Notes: a model not told the origin generated them from the letters alone. A DNA stretch of 63,636 bases, filler included, from Globobulimina sp. (GCA_003354225.1; 28 parts of 28 records of this genome joined end to end with filler, not necessarily neighbours in it); one strand, 5' to 3'; shown: positions 36,450 to 50,334, counted from the first letter of the whole stretch. Numbers and translations: made by a program.

Positions 36450-38613
36450 ATGTCACGCCGCAAACCATGTCTGTACGATCAGGTACGCATACAATCAAAA
36501 TGAAAATACAACATATATTCATGTCATATAACCCACAATTGCAAATATTCCCAGGTTTCATTGGATGATGGAAGTGAAGGAATCATTAAATTTATCGGTT
36601 CATTATCAGGCAAAGATGATTTATATTATGGAGTTGATTTAAATGTGCTGGGAAAACATAAATTTAACAACAACAATGGCACAATAAGAAACATACAATA
36701 TTTCCAAACATCAAATGCTAAAAACGGCAGATTATGCAAAAAAAATAGTATCAAATATTACAAATTAACTGGCGATTCCATTCAAACAACCTATGACCAC
36801 ACAATATATGTCGATAGTGCCCATTGTAACGGAATCATAAAATATATTGGAATCCCACCGATAAATCTACAGAATATTTGGGTCTCATTTTAGAAGAAGA
36901 TAACGGTGACACCGACGGGACATATCCCTCAAACGGGGCAAAATATTTCCAATGTGCTCAAAACTATGGTGTTTATATACCATTACCATCGCAATCAAAC
37001 ACCCACCAAAATGTACACAAATCTGCTGCAGGTTATTATATTTATGTACTTTGTTACTAATAAAAACATTTTATCCTCGCACGTCCAATGAAATATGAAT
37101 ATAAAATACATAGTCAATGATCAAGAAACTGATGTTAAATCGTACGAAAATGCTGAAATGAAAACTGATAACTACGGAAATAAAACTTATACCACAGGTA
37201 TAAGGCCGACGTATATATAAAAAACGTTTTTGGCATAAATGCATTTATAATTTGTATATAGGAACAGCCAAAAATAAGGTGGTGACCACAGTTTTTGCGG
37301 TAAACAGCGGGATTGAGAGCAGTCAAAGTGGCTCGGTTCAGGATAGGATGTCGTTATGGGATAAAAGAGAGAATCGAGACAAAACAAGCAAGGGCAAAGA
37401 GGAAAAGGAGCGGCAATTGCGAGCTCAGAAGAAATTGGAAGAGAGAGCGCGAGCAATGAAGCAACAGCAACAGAGAGCTGCGCAAATAAAAAAAGATAAA
37501 GAAGAAAGGGAACGGGCACGAAAAGAGGAGGATGTTAAACGAAAAGTTGATGAAATGAAGCAAAAGGAAGCCGAACAAGCAGAGGCAGAAAGAGTACAGG
37601 TTTGAAAATCATTTTTATTCCTTTTTTTTTGCTATATACAAGGGATTGTTTTTGTTGCTTATTTATAGAAAGAAAGAGCGGACAAAGAGAGGGAAGAAAG
37701 AGAGGCTGAGCAGGCAGCAAATATTAAGAGAGAGAGTGAGGAACAATTAGTGAGAGAGCAACAGGAAAGCGCTAAAAAGGCAGAAACGGTATGTTTCTGT
37801 AATTTATTTTGGAATTTCAACATGTTTTTGAATATTAAACAAATCATCGCCGCAACGAAGCAACCAAACATTTAAAATGTATATTGTTACCACAACAAAA
37901 TAAATGTTTTGGTGATATAAACCATGGCTTAAATAAAATGTTTATTTGTGTTGGGAATGGGACAATGGATGTTTTGTTGTGATTGAATAAACAGGAAAAA
38001 GCTGCTCAGGCTCAAAGAGAAAGAGAGCAGAAATCGGAGAGAGAGAAACAGGAAAAATTGGAGCGTGAAAGACTTGAAAAAGAAGCACGTGAAGCAAAGG
38101 AAAGACAAGAAGCCAAATCCAAACAATTAGAACGAGAAAGGCGTGAAAAAGAAGCCGCAGAAAAGGCGAGAAACGTTTGTATTTTTAATCTGTTTATTCG
38201 TACTGTACTGCATGCATTATTTGGTTTGAATAAATAGGAAAAAGAGAAAGTGGACAGGCAAAAACAGGCGAAATTGGAACGTATAAGACGTGAAAAAGAA
38301 GCTGTAGACAGAGCAAAAGAGGTATTTATAATATTTTACTTTGTTATGAATATTTTACTGTTTATATACAGGAAAAAGAGGAGAGAGCTAAAGCGAGACA
38401 GGAAAGCATTGCAAAACGAGACAGGGAAAGACGAGAAAAAGAAGCAAAAGAAAAACAGGAAAAATTAGAAAGGGAAAGATTTGCAAAAGAAGAAAAAGTG
38501 CGAAAACAAAGGGAGAGAGCAATGGAAAAAGAGAAAATAAGGAAAGAGAATGTGGCAAAAGAAAAAGCAGAGAGAGCAAAGAGGGAAAAGGAGGAAAACG
38601 CGAGAAAAAAGAG
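36450..38613 (+). CDS. CAP-Gly domain protein (two CAP-Gly) with E/K/R-rich coiled-coil tail, multiple short introns, frameshift near 36870; 3' truncated
   Basis: GIIKFIG...YYGVDL...NNNGT..YF and GIIKYIG...GLIL...GDTDGT...YFQC...GVYI. Confidence 0.8.
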
Positions 38614-39041
38614 NNNNNNNNNNNNNNNNNNNNNNNNNNNNNNNNNNNNNNNNNNNNTTAATTAATTAANNNNNNNNNNNNNNNNNNNNNNNNNNNNNNN
38701 NNNNNNNNNNNNNTTGCATACAAACCCCTTTAGAGATCATATACACTCCACCATAGGTTCCAAGCACTCGAACTCAAGGCGAATTCGACCGGATAAATTC
38801 CAAAGGTCTAATGTTTCAATAAACTTTTAATAAAGTAACATTTCAGAAATTGTGCACAAACTGTTTTCCAGTGTTAATTAAAAACAGCTTCATAATTATA
38901 AATAAACCAGTCATCCGATAGAAGACTAGCTCACTTCAAGAAAACTTGAAATAAAAAATGAAATTATTCTAAACACAGTCTGTGAAATATTCATTGCTAT
39001 TATGTTAATTGAACATTTATTTGTTTTGATTGGTACATATT

Positions 39042-39404
39042 TCAAGCAATATATTGTAGGCATTGCAAGTAACGTTTTACATTGAACGCCATTGAAAGTT
39101 TATGTGCTATTCGCACAGTTAATGATAACTCCTTACTTTGTTTATTTGAGCATAGGCGGTATTCGCCAATAAAATGATATAAATTACCAACATTTAATTG
39201 TTCATAATTGTCTTTTTTCAATAATGATATGTCAATTTTTAATAATGTTTTATTGTCATCTAAAATTGCAATTCCTTTATTATTTAAAAAATCTATTTCT
39301 TTTATTCTTCCTAAAATACGGATTGATTCATCAATTAAATCATACGACAATTCATTCAATTCGTGTGATACTACAATTCTGGCATGGCTTGGTTTATAGG
39401 CCAT
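39042..39404 (-). CDS. TEN1: CST complex subunit TEN1-like OB-fold protein
   Basis: 120 aa; SIRILGRI, IDISLL, VGNLYHFIGE, VRIA...FNVKRY pattern typical of TEN1. Confidence 0.65.
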   Translation of the reverse strand: MAYKPSHARIVVSHELNELSYDLIDESIRILGRIKEIDFLNNKGIAILDDNKTLLKIDISLLKKDNYEQLNVGNLYHFIGEYRLCSNKQSKELSLTVRIAHKLSMAFNVKRYLQCLQYIA

Positions 39405-39552
39405 ATAATTCTTAGTTAAATACTAAAGTGCACGAGAAAAAAAACAGATGTTTAATCCTTTCGAACCAGACAAACACCCAAGTCATCACATACATAAATA
39501 TTCATACACATTACACAGTGTTGTTGATTAAGTCTATCAATGATAATACACA

Positions 39553-40278
39553 GATGGTATATTTATATGTGTGCATTGTGGAGAAACAAGCAAGTATTTA
39601 TATGAAGCATTTAACGATGATTTAGTATTAGTGCATTGCAAAAAATGTGGCAAAATTGTTGATAAATATGTTGAATTTGATTTGTTACTAATAATTATTG
39701 ACATATTATTGCATCGTAGTGCTGTTTATAGACATTTAATATTTAATCGGTTCTCTTTATTAAAAAGTGGTAAGAATGGCTATTATTATTTTAATTGTTT
39801 ATGTATGATTATAATATCTGTTTTTTGTGAAACTATTGCTTTTAATTTGTATGGTAAAAATATTTTAAATATCAGCATCATTCAATCAAATGGATATTTT
39901 GTGTCGTTTATGTTCATATTTTTTAATGAGATTTTGCGCATTTTATCAATAACACTAATATCGAACATTGCAATTTCAATGAAACAAACATTGCTATCGA
40001 CATCGACAGAGGACTTAAATAATAATAATTCAAATATGGACTGTTTGATTTTAGGACTATCGCTGTCATCAATGACATGGACTTTTATTATAATTTTTAT
40101 TATTTGGCAGTATGATACAATATTTATATTTATTATTGCAGTGTTTGTATTTACATCAAATTTAGCGTCTATCAATACTGTAAATAATAGTTGCCTCATA
40201 TCACTCATTGCCACTATTTCTGGTTGGTACGTTTTTATACATTTCACAATGAATAACTTCAATACAACCAAAGATTGA
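39553..40278 (+). CDS. ARV1: ARV1 lipid/sterol homeostasis membrane protein (true 5' exon uncertain)
   Basis: CVHCG...CKKCGKIVDKYVEFD..IIIDILLH..VYRHLIFN Arv1 homology domain followed by TM segments. Confidence 0.9.
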   Translation, partial: DGIFICVHCGETSKYLYEAFNDDLVLVHCKKCGKIVDKYVEFDLLLIIIDILLHRSAVYRHLIFNRFSLLKSGKNGYYYFNCLCMIIISVFCETIAFNLYGKNILNISIIQSNGYFVSFMFIFFNEILRILSITLISNIAISMKQTLLSTSTEDLNNNNSNMDCLILGLSLSSMTWTFIIIFIIWQYDTIFIFIIAVFVFTSNLASINTVNNSCLISLIATISGWYVFIHFTMNNFNTTKD

Positions 40279-40989
40279 TCGATCACACTTCACTTAAATG
40301 CGTAACATTCAATTTTGTTAGGATAGGGATATAAATATTTCAATTCCACATAATTATTATAACCGGTTGCCAAGGAACATCAGTGACAATTGGTGGTGTT
40401 GAGAAACACCTGGTAAAAAATAAAAATAAAAATTAAATAATTTGGCAGATACGTACGGTCACTGTGATAGCTGACTGGTCACCGAAATACGCTGATCGAT
40501 CAGCTTATAATTGCCTTTATTAAATGGACCAAATCTGATCGGTTTGCCTGATCTGATGTACTAAAATGGACGGAATCTGATCTGTTTCCATGATCGATGC
40601 GTTTCCAGTCAGTATACACTTCGTATTAATAAATACAACTGTCATGATATTTGCTTGCCTCATCAATATAATAATACTGCGTGTGTTAATGGATCATAAT
40701 AACCATTTCTATTTGGTTCATTTGTAATTTATGTGTGCCTCATGCCATTAAATGACTAAACCTTGAAGTTTTCCAACTATGTCAAGGAATGTTTGGATGC
40801 AAGAATCTTTGCAAAGCTAATTGACAAAATATGATTGATGCTCAGTAGCTCAGACACATTTAATTCATTGATTGGGCATTATGGACATTNNNNNNNNNNN
40901 NNNNNNNNNNNNNNNNNNNNNNNNNNNNNNNNNTTAATTAATTAANNNNNNNNNNNNNNNNNNNNNNNNNNNNNNNNNNNNNNNNNNNN

Positions 40990-43165
40990 TGCACTGACTG
41001 CAGGCACTTCCTATCAAATTCCCAAATTATCTTCAAAACAAGATAGTGATGGTGCTTATAGCAGTGCTGCCTCCTCGGTGGATAATGTCAATGTTAATGT
41101 CAATGTCAATGTTAATGTAAAAAATGTAAATATAAATGTAAATGCGATAAATAAAATCAACAAAGCAAAGACTCATCATACTATATCGTATGATTTGGGT
41201 GTTGGGGTTGGCATTGATATGGAAACAAAAAAAAAGAAAGAGAAACAGGAGAAGGACAGAATAGAAAAAGAAGAGAAGCAAAGATTGGAGTTAGTAGAGC
41301 GCCGAAAGAGAGCGCAAGAGATTCGCGCCGCATTGGCCAGAGATTTAGATAATTTCCAATATGACCAATGGAAAAAACATTGTATTGCGCAAACATTTAG
41401 TTTAAAAACATTAGAATCTGCATTTAAGAAATATTACCAACACAATCATGTGGTCTTAATCAAATTATATATTGTTGGATATTTTTTTGGCAACATCTTA
41501 GTTTATGCTTTTTATGATGTTGTAAATATAACCAATGAGGAACACCGATTAATTACCTTATTTATACGTGGTTTAACGGCCATATTTCTATCTATATTTG
41601 GATATTTATTCTGGAGCAAAAGATTGGTGCAGGTACAAAATGATGCAATGGTAATATTTAACCTATTCATTGCAATTTGCACCTTAATAGTGACTGGTTT
41701 AAGTAGCAGCGAGTTGCACGAGCCCGGACATGGCATATTTATCATCATTATGTTTTGTATTCATTTATTCAGTGGTTTGGGCCACTTAATCGCATCGGCC
41801 ATCTGTTGGTTTATCACATTTGGATTTGCCATAATGTCGGCCATTCTCACTACACTCAAATATACAGACAAAGACACAACGGATACAAACAATACCTATG
41901 CATTTAATAATATTTACTGGTATTCGTATGCCAATACAGTATCATACTTATTTTTAACTGCCATTTTTTTAAGTTTAATGGGAATGTTTATTGAGTTTAG
42001 TGCGCGGAGACAATTTTATCAAGGTAAAAAATTACAGCATGAAAAGAAGAAATCATGGAAAGCATTATCAACCTTATTACCGCCGGACGTAGCTCGGTCA
42101 TTGCAAGAAGGCCGCAGAGTTGCTGTGGCATTCAAATATCAACGAAATCATCCCCAATTTAAAGGCGTTAGCGTAGGCTTTATACAAATTTGTGACTTTC
42201 ATAAGTTAGTGAGTAAGTTACCAAGGTTTGTTTGTATATATATGTAATATATTATATATAATATTATATATATATACATTTAGTAAGAACTTAGTATCGA
42301 TGTTAAATACTATTTTTACGAAGTGGGACGAATTGGCATCGTTGCATAAAGTATTTAAGGTGGAAACCATCAATGAAATCTATATGGTTGCCGGCGGATT
42401 GCCATATCCAAAAATTCATGAACTTGATAGGAACTATTCGCATCCGATACGAATGGTATTCTTTGCCAATGATATTATGAATTATTGTCATGAAGTTTTA
42501 GAAGTATTAGCTCCACCAAATTACTATGATGATGAGCCTGAACATGAGCTTGAAAATGAAACTCAAACTCAAACTGATAAAGGTTCCAATTCGTCATCGC
42601 TTCATCAACACGTAAATAGTTCGCGTGGTATGCAATTTAATTATGGCACCACATATAATCCACAGGTACATCGACCGAGTTTATTGCCAGCATCCTTTAA
42701 AAGAGAATATCAACAAAAAAAACAAACCATTACCTTGTCAATCCGGATTGGATTAAATATTGGCTATGTCGTAGCGGGAGTTATATATATTTTCTATACT
42801 ATCAAATACACAGACACTAATAATATATAATACACTAAAAATTGACTGACTAAAAATTGACAGGAGGTATGTATAAAGGCATTCATGTTAATGCTATCTC
42901 TTATTAATGCTATCTTAATGCAAAATATTATTTCAATAAAAAAATTAGTGATAGGGAAGAAATTGCCTCGATATCGCCTTTTTGGTGATACAGTTTTGTT
43001 ATCTCCCCAATGCTATTTACATTTTGCACCACATGTCACATACAATTTGCACCACGTACAGGTCAACACAGCGTCGCGCATGGAATCGACCTGTCGCGCA
43101 TCGCAAATACAAATGACGCAAGACTTTTGGTTTGAACTACCCCCTGTTTTTCATCAATTCACTAA
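40990..43165 (+). CDS. Membrane-bound class III nucleotide (probably guanylyl) cyclase, partial, several introns
   Basis: TM bundle then LLPPDVA, VFKVETINEIYMVAGG, IRIGLNIGYVVAG, PRYRLFGDT/VNTASRMES. Confidence 0.88.
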
Positions 43166-43493
43166 NNNNNNNNNNNNNNNNNNNNNNNNNNNNNNNNNNN
43201 NNNNNNNNNTTAATTAATTAANNNNNNNNNNNNNNNNNNNNNNNNNNNNNNNNNNNNNNNNNNNNCTCCACTTTCAATGCCTTTTTTCAATTAATGCTCT
43301 TCTTAATGTTGCATTGAACTGAGCTCCGGCGGTCTTTCCAAAATTATTAATATTAACAAGTTTCCCGTCACAATCTCCGTATAATTCATTGTTTGCAATT
43401 ATTATCCGATCCGATCCGATTTGGAATTTAAACCAAATGTTATAATTAATATTATTCATAAAACACACAAAATTATTTAAACCAAATTAAATG

Positions 43494-43757
43494 TTATGCG
43501 ATAATTGCAATTGCTTGAAAGCGTACATCATTTTTAAAATCGCCAGCAATCTCTCTCAGTCTCACCAATCTCTGAAATGGCAATTTAAATTTCTCAATAA
43601 TAATTCCGTGGATTTCTGATATCTGCGGTCGGAATCTATGTGTTTTCTTAACGCCTCCTGTTGCTGGCGCTGATTTTCGCGCTGCTTTGGTGGCCAATTG
43701 TTTTCGTGGTGCTTTACCACCAGTTGATTTTCGCGCAGTTTGCTTGGTTCTGCCCAT
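43494..43757 (-). pseudogene. H3: Histone H3 pseudogene or degenerate variant
   Basis: Near-canonical tail [39 protein letters not shown] lost; [12 protein letters not shown] lies in another frame; truncated after VRFQ. Confidence 0.85.
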
Positions 43758-44036
43758 TTTATATATATCAACAATTAATAAATTATTAAAGCGAAGGTTT
43801 GTTGTGGATTTGGTGAAGGTTTGATAGTTTGTTGTTGTTTAAAAGCTAGAAAATCGATTCAGTTTTCCTTTTCACGCAGATATTGGCTATTCACCATTCA
43901 AAAATAATATGTTGGAAATAGAATAGCGTCATAAAGTTTACATCGCAATTTACAAATAAACCCAATTCAACATTCATTTTATAGTACGGATTTAATTAAA
44001 TTGAGTTAAAAACTAAGAAAAAACTTTATTTGAATA

Positions 44037-45440
44037 ATGCCTTATCGAAGGAAACCAAGAACACAAAACAAACATGGTAATAAAGGCAAAATCCCTGCAT
44101 ATGTTTTAAAAGAAGCTAGTCCAACACAACGAGCATTAATTAAATTTGGTTTCGTTCCCGACTCAGTGGCGAATCCAGTAACACACCAACCATTAACAAG
44201 AAAATTAGCTTCATCATCTAAATTGGAGCGTGATTCTGGCATTGAAATGGTTCGAGCGCTTTTAGCAAATAGTGACATAAAAATGGACAAAAAGAAGATG
44301 AGTCAGTTATGGAAAGCATTATTTTATTCATTTTGGATGAGCGACAAAGTACCAATCCAACAAGAATTAGCTCGCAAATTATCCAATTTTGTGAAAATTT
44401 GCAGTAACACAAACACCGCATTCCTTTATATTGAATGTTTCATGGAATGCATGGAAAGAGAATGGACAGGAATCGATTATTTACGAATGAGCAAATTTCA
44501 ATCTTTGGTCCGCTTTTTCATCCATTCGTCGTTTGATTATTTAGCTTTAAATGAATGGAATTTAACTTTAATCAAACAATTTGCTGACATTTTAATCCAT
44601 AAAATGTTCCTATTCGACTCCGTTAATCGAGGCTTATTTTTACATTTAAACGACATTTATATCGACGAATTGGTGAAAGTAAACCGCATCGATGGTGACG
44701 ATCATTTATTGTCTTCCTTCCGTCTCCCGATCTCATTCGATGCTTTGTACAATTTATTAGTACCATTTATTCGCATATATTTGCAGTCAAACAAAGTATT
44801 CCAACAACAATATGTTATTCGCAAAATATTTCACAAATTAATGGAAACTATGAGCTTCGAAGCAGAGCAAAGAGAAACAAATCTTAATTGTCCGGGAACG
44901 CACAATGTAGATCTTTATAAGTTTAATATTGATAAACATGGAAGGAATCGAGTTATAAAAAAGGAAAAGAAAGAACACCAAAAAAATGATGTAGATATGG
45001 TTAAAATCGATCGGTTTGACCCAGTCCGACGTAGAAAAGGTGAGAAACATTTGATGTTTGATAAGAAAAATTTTGATGTTGTTGTGCCGTTTAAGGAGTT
45101 TGAGACTGGCGATGATAAGAAAAAAATCACAGAATGGAAAATGCGATATGGCGGCGATGAGAAAAAAGAGAGATTGAATGATCCATTGTTGATGAAGCAG
45201 AAAATGGAGAGATTTGAGACTGTCTTTAAACATTTGGCCAAAGAAAAAGAAACACCAAAGAAAGCAAGAAAAAAATTACATTTTTTGGGCCAAGCATTTG
45301 TTTTGAAGCCAGTCAAAGATAAATATTATGATCGCGAATCGGTGAAAGATGCGTTGAAATTGGTGGATGATAGGAAGCAAAAATGGAAATGGATGCAGAT
45401 GAAAAAAGAAAAAAAGAAAAAGATGAGGATAGAAATGACA
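44037..45440 (+). CDS. RRP1: Ribosomal RNA processing protein RRP1/Nop52, 3' truncated
   Basis: LWKALFYSFWMSDKVPIQQELA and REWTGIDYLRMSKF Nop52 motifs. Confidence 0.92.
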
Positions 45441-45540
45441 NNNNNNNNNNNNNNNNNNNNNNNNNNNNNNNNNNNNNNNNNNNNTTAATTAATTAANNNN
45501 NNNNNNNNNNNNNNNNNNNNNNNNNNNNNNNNNNNNNNNN

Positions 45541-47715
45541 CTCTTTTGAGGTCATACACAGTGCGGTGTGTAAAGTGGATGCTACTTCACATATTTTCCA
45601 TGGATTGATACGAAATACGCCACATAATGACCGCATACAGCCCATGAATTCCGATAATATCACAGCCGGAGGGACGCCACGTTCATCGTCAATATCTAAA
45701 GAATATTGTTATGTTTTAGAGCATGTGTTTTATGGCAGCACATATATCATATACCTGTATCTCCGGAATATGCTCCGTACGTAGTGGCGTATATATTGTT
45801 GTAGTTGTTATAAATATTATAACTTGGTTGGGCAGCCGTAAATTCATAGGGTACGGTGTTGAATCCATCCCAGAATGTACCAAATACAGCCACATCACAT
45901 AAGGTGTACAGTGCTAATAATTCGTTATAGGATAAATTATTACTATCAATCAGTTGTATCACATCGTTATTAAATTTGAATTTCATTTTATTAATCTCAT
46001 CTTCGATCGGCGAGCGTAACTTGTTATAACTCACAGACCGTTCAAATGTCTGTGAAAATTTGCTACTACTCTGGTTAAATGCGGATAGCTGTGATGATGA
46101 ACTTAAATCTAACTGCGATGAGGATATACATAGTACAAATATGACATCATTCTGCCATTCCGGATGGGAAGTTAGAAATTGATTAAATGATTGGATGGTT
46201 AATATTGTACCACGCACTTCGTCCAATTGCCCCCAACCTAAACAACAACAAAAAAGTGTGCGATTTTGCGAAATAAAACATTTCACTTTACTCAAGAAAA
46301 AGCTTTCTACAAAGCATGGCAACTTGATTCAACATGTCAGCAGAGAGAAGAGTATGACATACCTAATATGACTTTCTTTTTGTTGATATGTAATTTCTTC
46401 TTCCAAAACGTCTCTTTTATGGTTTTTACTTTCTGTGATTGTGCAGTTTTATGTATGACATTTGATAATATCGAAGCATGCGCAACTCGCAGTGATACAT
46501 CCCGTCCTAAATAATGCACTGCGATTGTCCCATCATCCGGTAATGTATGAAAATCTAAATCCAATATACGCTTACATGAGCTCAAAAAATGTCGCGCGTA
46601 ATCATACGTATGAAACCCCACCAAATCGGAGGATAAAATACCCCGTAATATCTCCTTTCTCGTTGGCAAACATCTAAATACCTTGAAATCCGAAAAAAAC
46701 ACGTTTGAAATTGAAACTGATGGAAGTTTTGAGTGATAAAAATGACTTACCTCAGACGTAGGGAATGTAGTATGGATAAATAATCCAATCTGTGCCAATG
46801 GTATTTGTCTCCGAACAAAATGTGGAGCTAATAATAAATGATAATCATGGAACCATATAACATAATCATCATCGTCAGATTGGTACTCGGAGTGATGATT
46901 ATCATTATCCGTGGCAGCCACACAGGCTTTCTTTGCGTATAAATTGTTTAATCCCACATAGGATTGCCAATACATTTCATAATTAGTACCGAAATGAAAG
47001 TCATTCGTAGGCATTAAATAATGGAACAACGGCCACAGTATACTTTTACAGTATATTTTATAACAATTTTTGATTTGAGCGTGGGTTAAGAATAGGGGGT
47101 AACACGTATACTTGAGTCCGTATAACGCGTCTTCTAAATCTTCCTGTTCGTCAAAGGTGGCGGGTGTCACACCCGGCCACCCCACAAAACTCACTTCGTA
47201 CTCATTCGGCAACGACGATGATTGCAACACACGCAAATTGGCCAAAACGTGTCTGTATAATTTGAAATCATTTCAGTTTCAAACGCAAACTCAAAATGGC
47301 ATATTATGCACTGAAAAATGTAAAACTTACCGGATATCTTCCCACTCAAATTCCCATTCAGTGGTCTCTGTGTTGTAGGTACATTTCAAAGGCAATTTAT
47401 AACAGACAATGATGATTTTTTGTCTCTGTTTCGCTCCATTGATAGCATTGGAATACTTGCCAGAATTCGTACTGCTCGAATCTGAGTGCTGCGACATGAT
47501 CGAAGGGGATAAATCGTCTGGAAACGAGGCGGTCTGTCCAATGGCAATGGCATCATCGCCTGGCACATTAATCAGTGGTAAGGCCGTATTGGGCGAAGTG
47601 ATGACATCGCCATTAATCAGGCCCATGTGTGGTGGTGGCGAGGCAGATGCGGTATTTTTATATTCCTCCGGCACTTTAAGGTCACTTTGCGAAGAATTAA
47701 ATTTGTCAGTGACAC
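45541..47715 (-). CDS. TPS: Trehalose-6-phosphate synthase (GT20), partial, several introns
   Basis: FVGWPG, YCKSILWPLFHY, IWFHDYHLLL, IGLFIHTTFPTSE, DLVGFHTYDYARHFL, WDGFNTVPYEF. Confidence 0.93.
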
Positions 47716-47815
47716 NNNNNNNNNNNNNNNNNNNNNNNNNNNNNNNNNNNNNNNNNNNNTTAATTAATTAANNNNNNNNNNNNNNNNNNNNNNNNNNNNN
47801 NNNNNNNNNNNNNNN

Positions 47816-49990
47816 GATCTGCAGCAAAAATTAGCTTTTATCGCCTATGTACGACGGGAGGTGCACCGTTAACAGATTTATTGCGCTATTTTGCATTAAT
47901 TGGAGAGATAAATTGGTCACAACATCATACAACAATCGATGGAGCGATTAAGACATTTCAAAGTGAACACAATGCAACTTTTAGATGTGCATTAATGATA
48001 TCTTCGTCAATTACAGAATTGGCGGATATACATCGTAACAAATCAGAAACGCAAGAAACGTTAATTCAAAGTGCCTATCTTACTGCGCAGGGTTTGCAGT
48101 GGCAAAAATTTGCCAAATTTATTCAAAATGAATTAAGCAATAAATTGCGTGGAAACGAGGGATTGAAGGCATTCAATCATTTTTTGATGAAGCGAAGGAG
48201 AGCAGTCTTAGAAAGAGGACTCAGTGCTGGAGTCAATTTAAGTGATCGTAACACTTTAAATGAATGGAAATTGTCAATAATATCAAATGAACATTTTAAT
48301 AGCAAAGAGTCGCGTTCCTATGATGCGGGTTTGGCGCATCCAAATCCTGTCAATAATAATTCGCAAACAATCAAAGATTCGACACCGTATATCCCACGAA
48401 GACAATATCGCGGCAGAGGTCGAGGAAGATATCGCAAAAGATACAGAAATCGTGGATATAGACAATATAATAATTATGGTGACCGTAATCATCAAAACCA
48501 AGGCAATTATGACGATTCACAAAGAGGAAACTTCAGAGGAAGACCGAATCGCAATTACCGTGGCAACGGAAGAGGACAAACTCGTGGTGGTGGTCGTGGA
48601 AATTATCGAGGAAACCATCATCAACAAAACTATAATAACCACGGTGAAGGTGAATATAATCCATCGCGATATAATCATATGTATCAACCAGTATCTGTGC
48701 GTGGATTGCCTGGTGATTATGATCAAGAACAATTAAATGAATTCATTAATTACTCATCATTTATTTGGGAGACAGCCATTAATCAATTTAACCAATTCAT
48801 CGTTGACCCCAATAATAAAAATAATATAACTATGAAGAATACACCGCGATCGAAGAGATTTGAATATTACGGATTGACACAGACATCGGTGGCATAAACC
48901 GGATTTAACGAATATTGATGCAGCAATTGCTGGATTAGTGAATGCATTAAATAAAACAGACGAATATAGTACATATCAACAAAACATTTTAAATCATTTA
49001 CCTATGCATCATAACAACAATAAAAATCACAACAACAACAAAAATACGAATGTGAATAATGACGTAACTAATAATGACAATAAAGATAGCGAATCAACGC
49101 AGAATCCTGCGGATCAAAAAGAGAATGCAGAACATACGAATTCTTGGCTTAGAAACTTAGGAAGAGTTAACAACACAGATTCGTCCATTAATACCAACCA
49201 AACAAAACCTACATTATTACAACAATTAAATTCAAACAATAAACAAAGGGCATTAGCATCAAATATACGTAATCGTCGTAATGTAGATCGCAATTTAAAT
49301 ATCAATATAACAAATGATAAATTTAATAATCAGATTATAAATAATGCGAATAATATACAAGAAAGTGTTACCAATGACATTGCATCGAATAACAAGGCAG
49401 CGTTGGTCAAAGGACTCAGTTTCATGCATCCTAACAGTGAGGAAGAAGACGAACAAATCAATTTTGCAGATTTAATGAATAAATATGGTGGCAGCCATGT
49501 TACGGATGATGACATCCGACAGTCAATAATGCAGAGTATGTATATATTAAATAAATCTGTCTACTCTGAGTGTGTCCATTTGTTTACACTGTCAAATTTC
49601 TGACAGTAAGGTGTGCATTTTTTGTTCATGTATTTGTTAAAAAAATAGTTGTTTTAATCTGTTGCGAATGCATATTGTTACGCATCTTCGCACATATATT
49701 TGTCCGTAAATCTATATTTTGTATATGACGTATAACTAATTTAACACATCACAAATATCCCCATCCCTGAAAATCCCCAATATATCATAGATTATTATAA
49801 TTTTATGGAGTATAAAAAGGATCAGGATGACCTAAATGCGGCAATCAATGGAAATTTATCCAAAAAGAAAAGATCTGCAGCAAAAATTAGCTTTTATCGC
49901 CTATGTACGACGGGAGGTGCACCGTTAACAGATTTATTGCGCTATTTTGCATTAATTGGAGAGATAAATTGGTCACAACATCATACAACA
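47816..49990 (+). repeat. Contig with 119-bp terminal direct repeat (47816-47934 = 49872-49990): circular or tandem 2,056-bp unit encoding an RG/N-rich protein
   Basis: First and last 119 nt match; ORF 49805.. reads through the junction into ORF 47881..48897. Confidence 0.85.
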
Positions 49991-50334
49991 NNNNNNNNNN
50001 NNNNNNNNNNNNNNNNNNNNNNNNNNNNNNNNNNTTAATTAATTAANNNNNNNNNNNNNNNNNNNNNNNNNNNNNNNNNNNNNNNNNNNNAGGCAATAGA
50101 GTGAGGACTATTTATTAATCCACGCTGCTGGCAAGCAATCCTCTTAGACATAAGTAGACTTTAAATGTAACGGTCTCAAAAAAAACTTAGTTGGCCATAG
50201 TCTAATGCTTGTTTTAACCGAGACTTATCCATTGCTTTTGTTACATGTAATTCTGCCATAAATGCCCTAGATATTTTTTATTTATTTAATACTGTATTAC
50301 TGTTACATATACATATAATATTTGAACAAATTGG

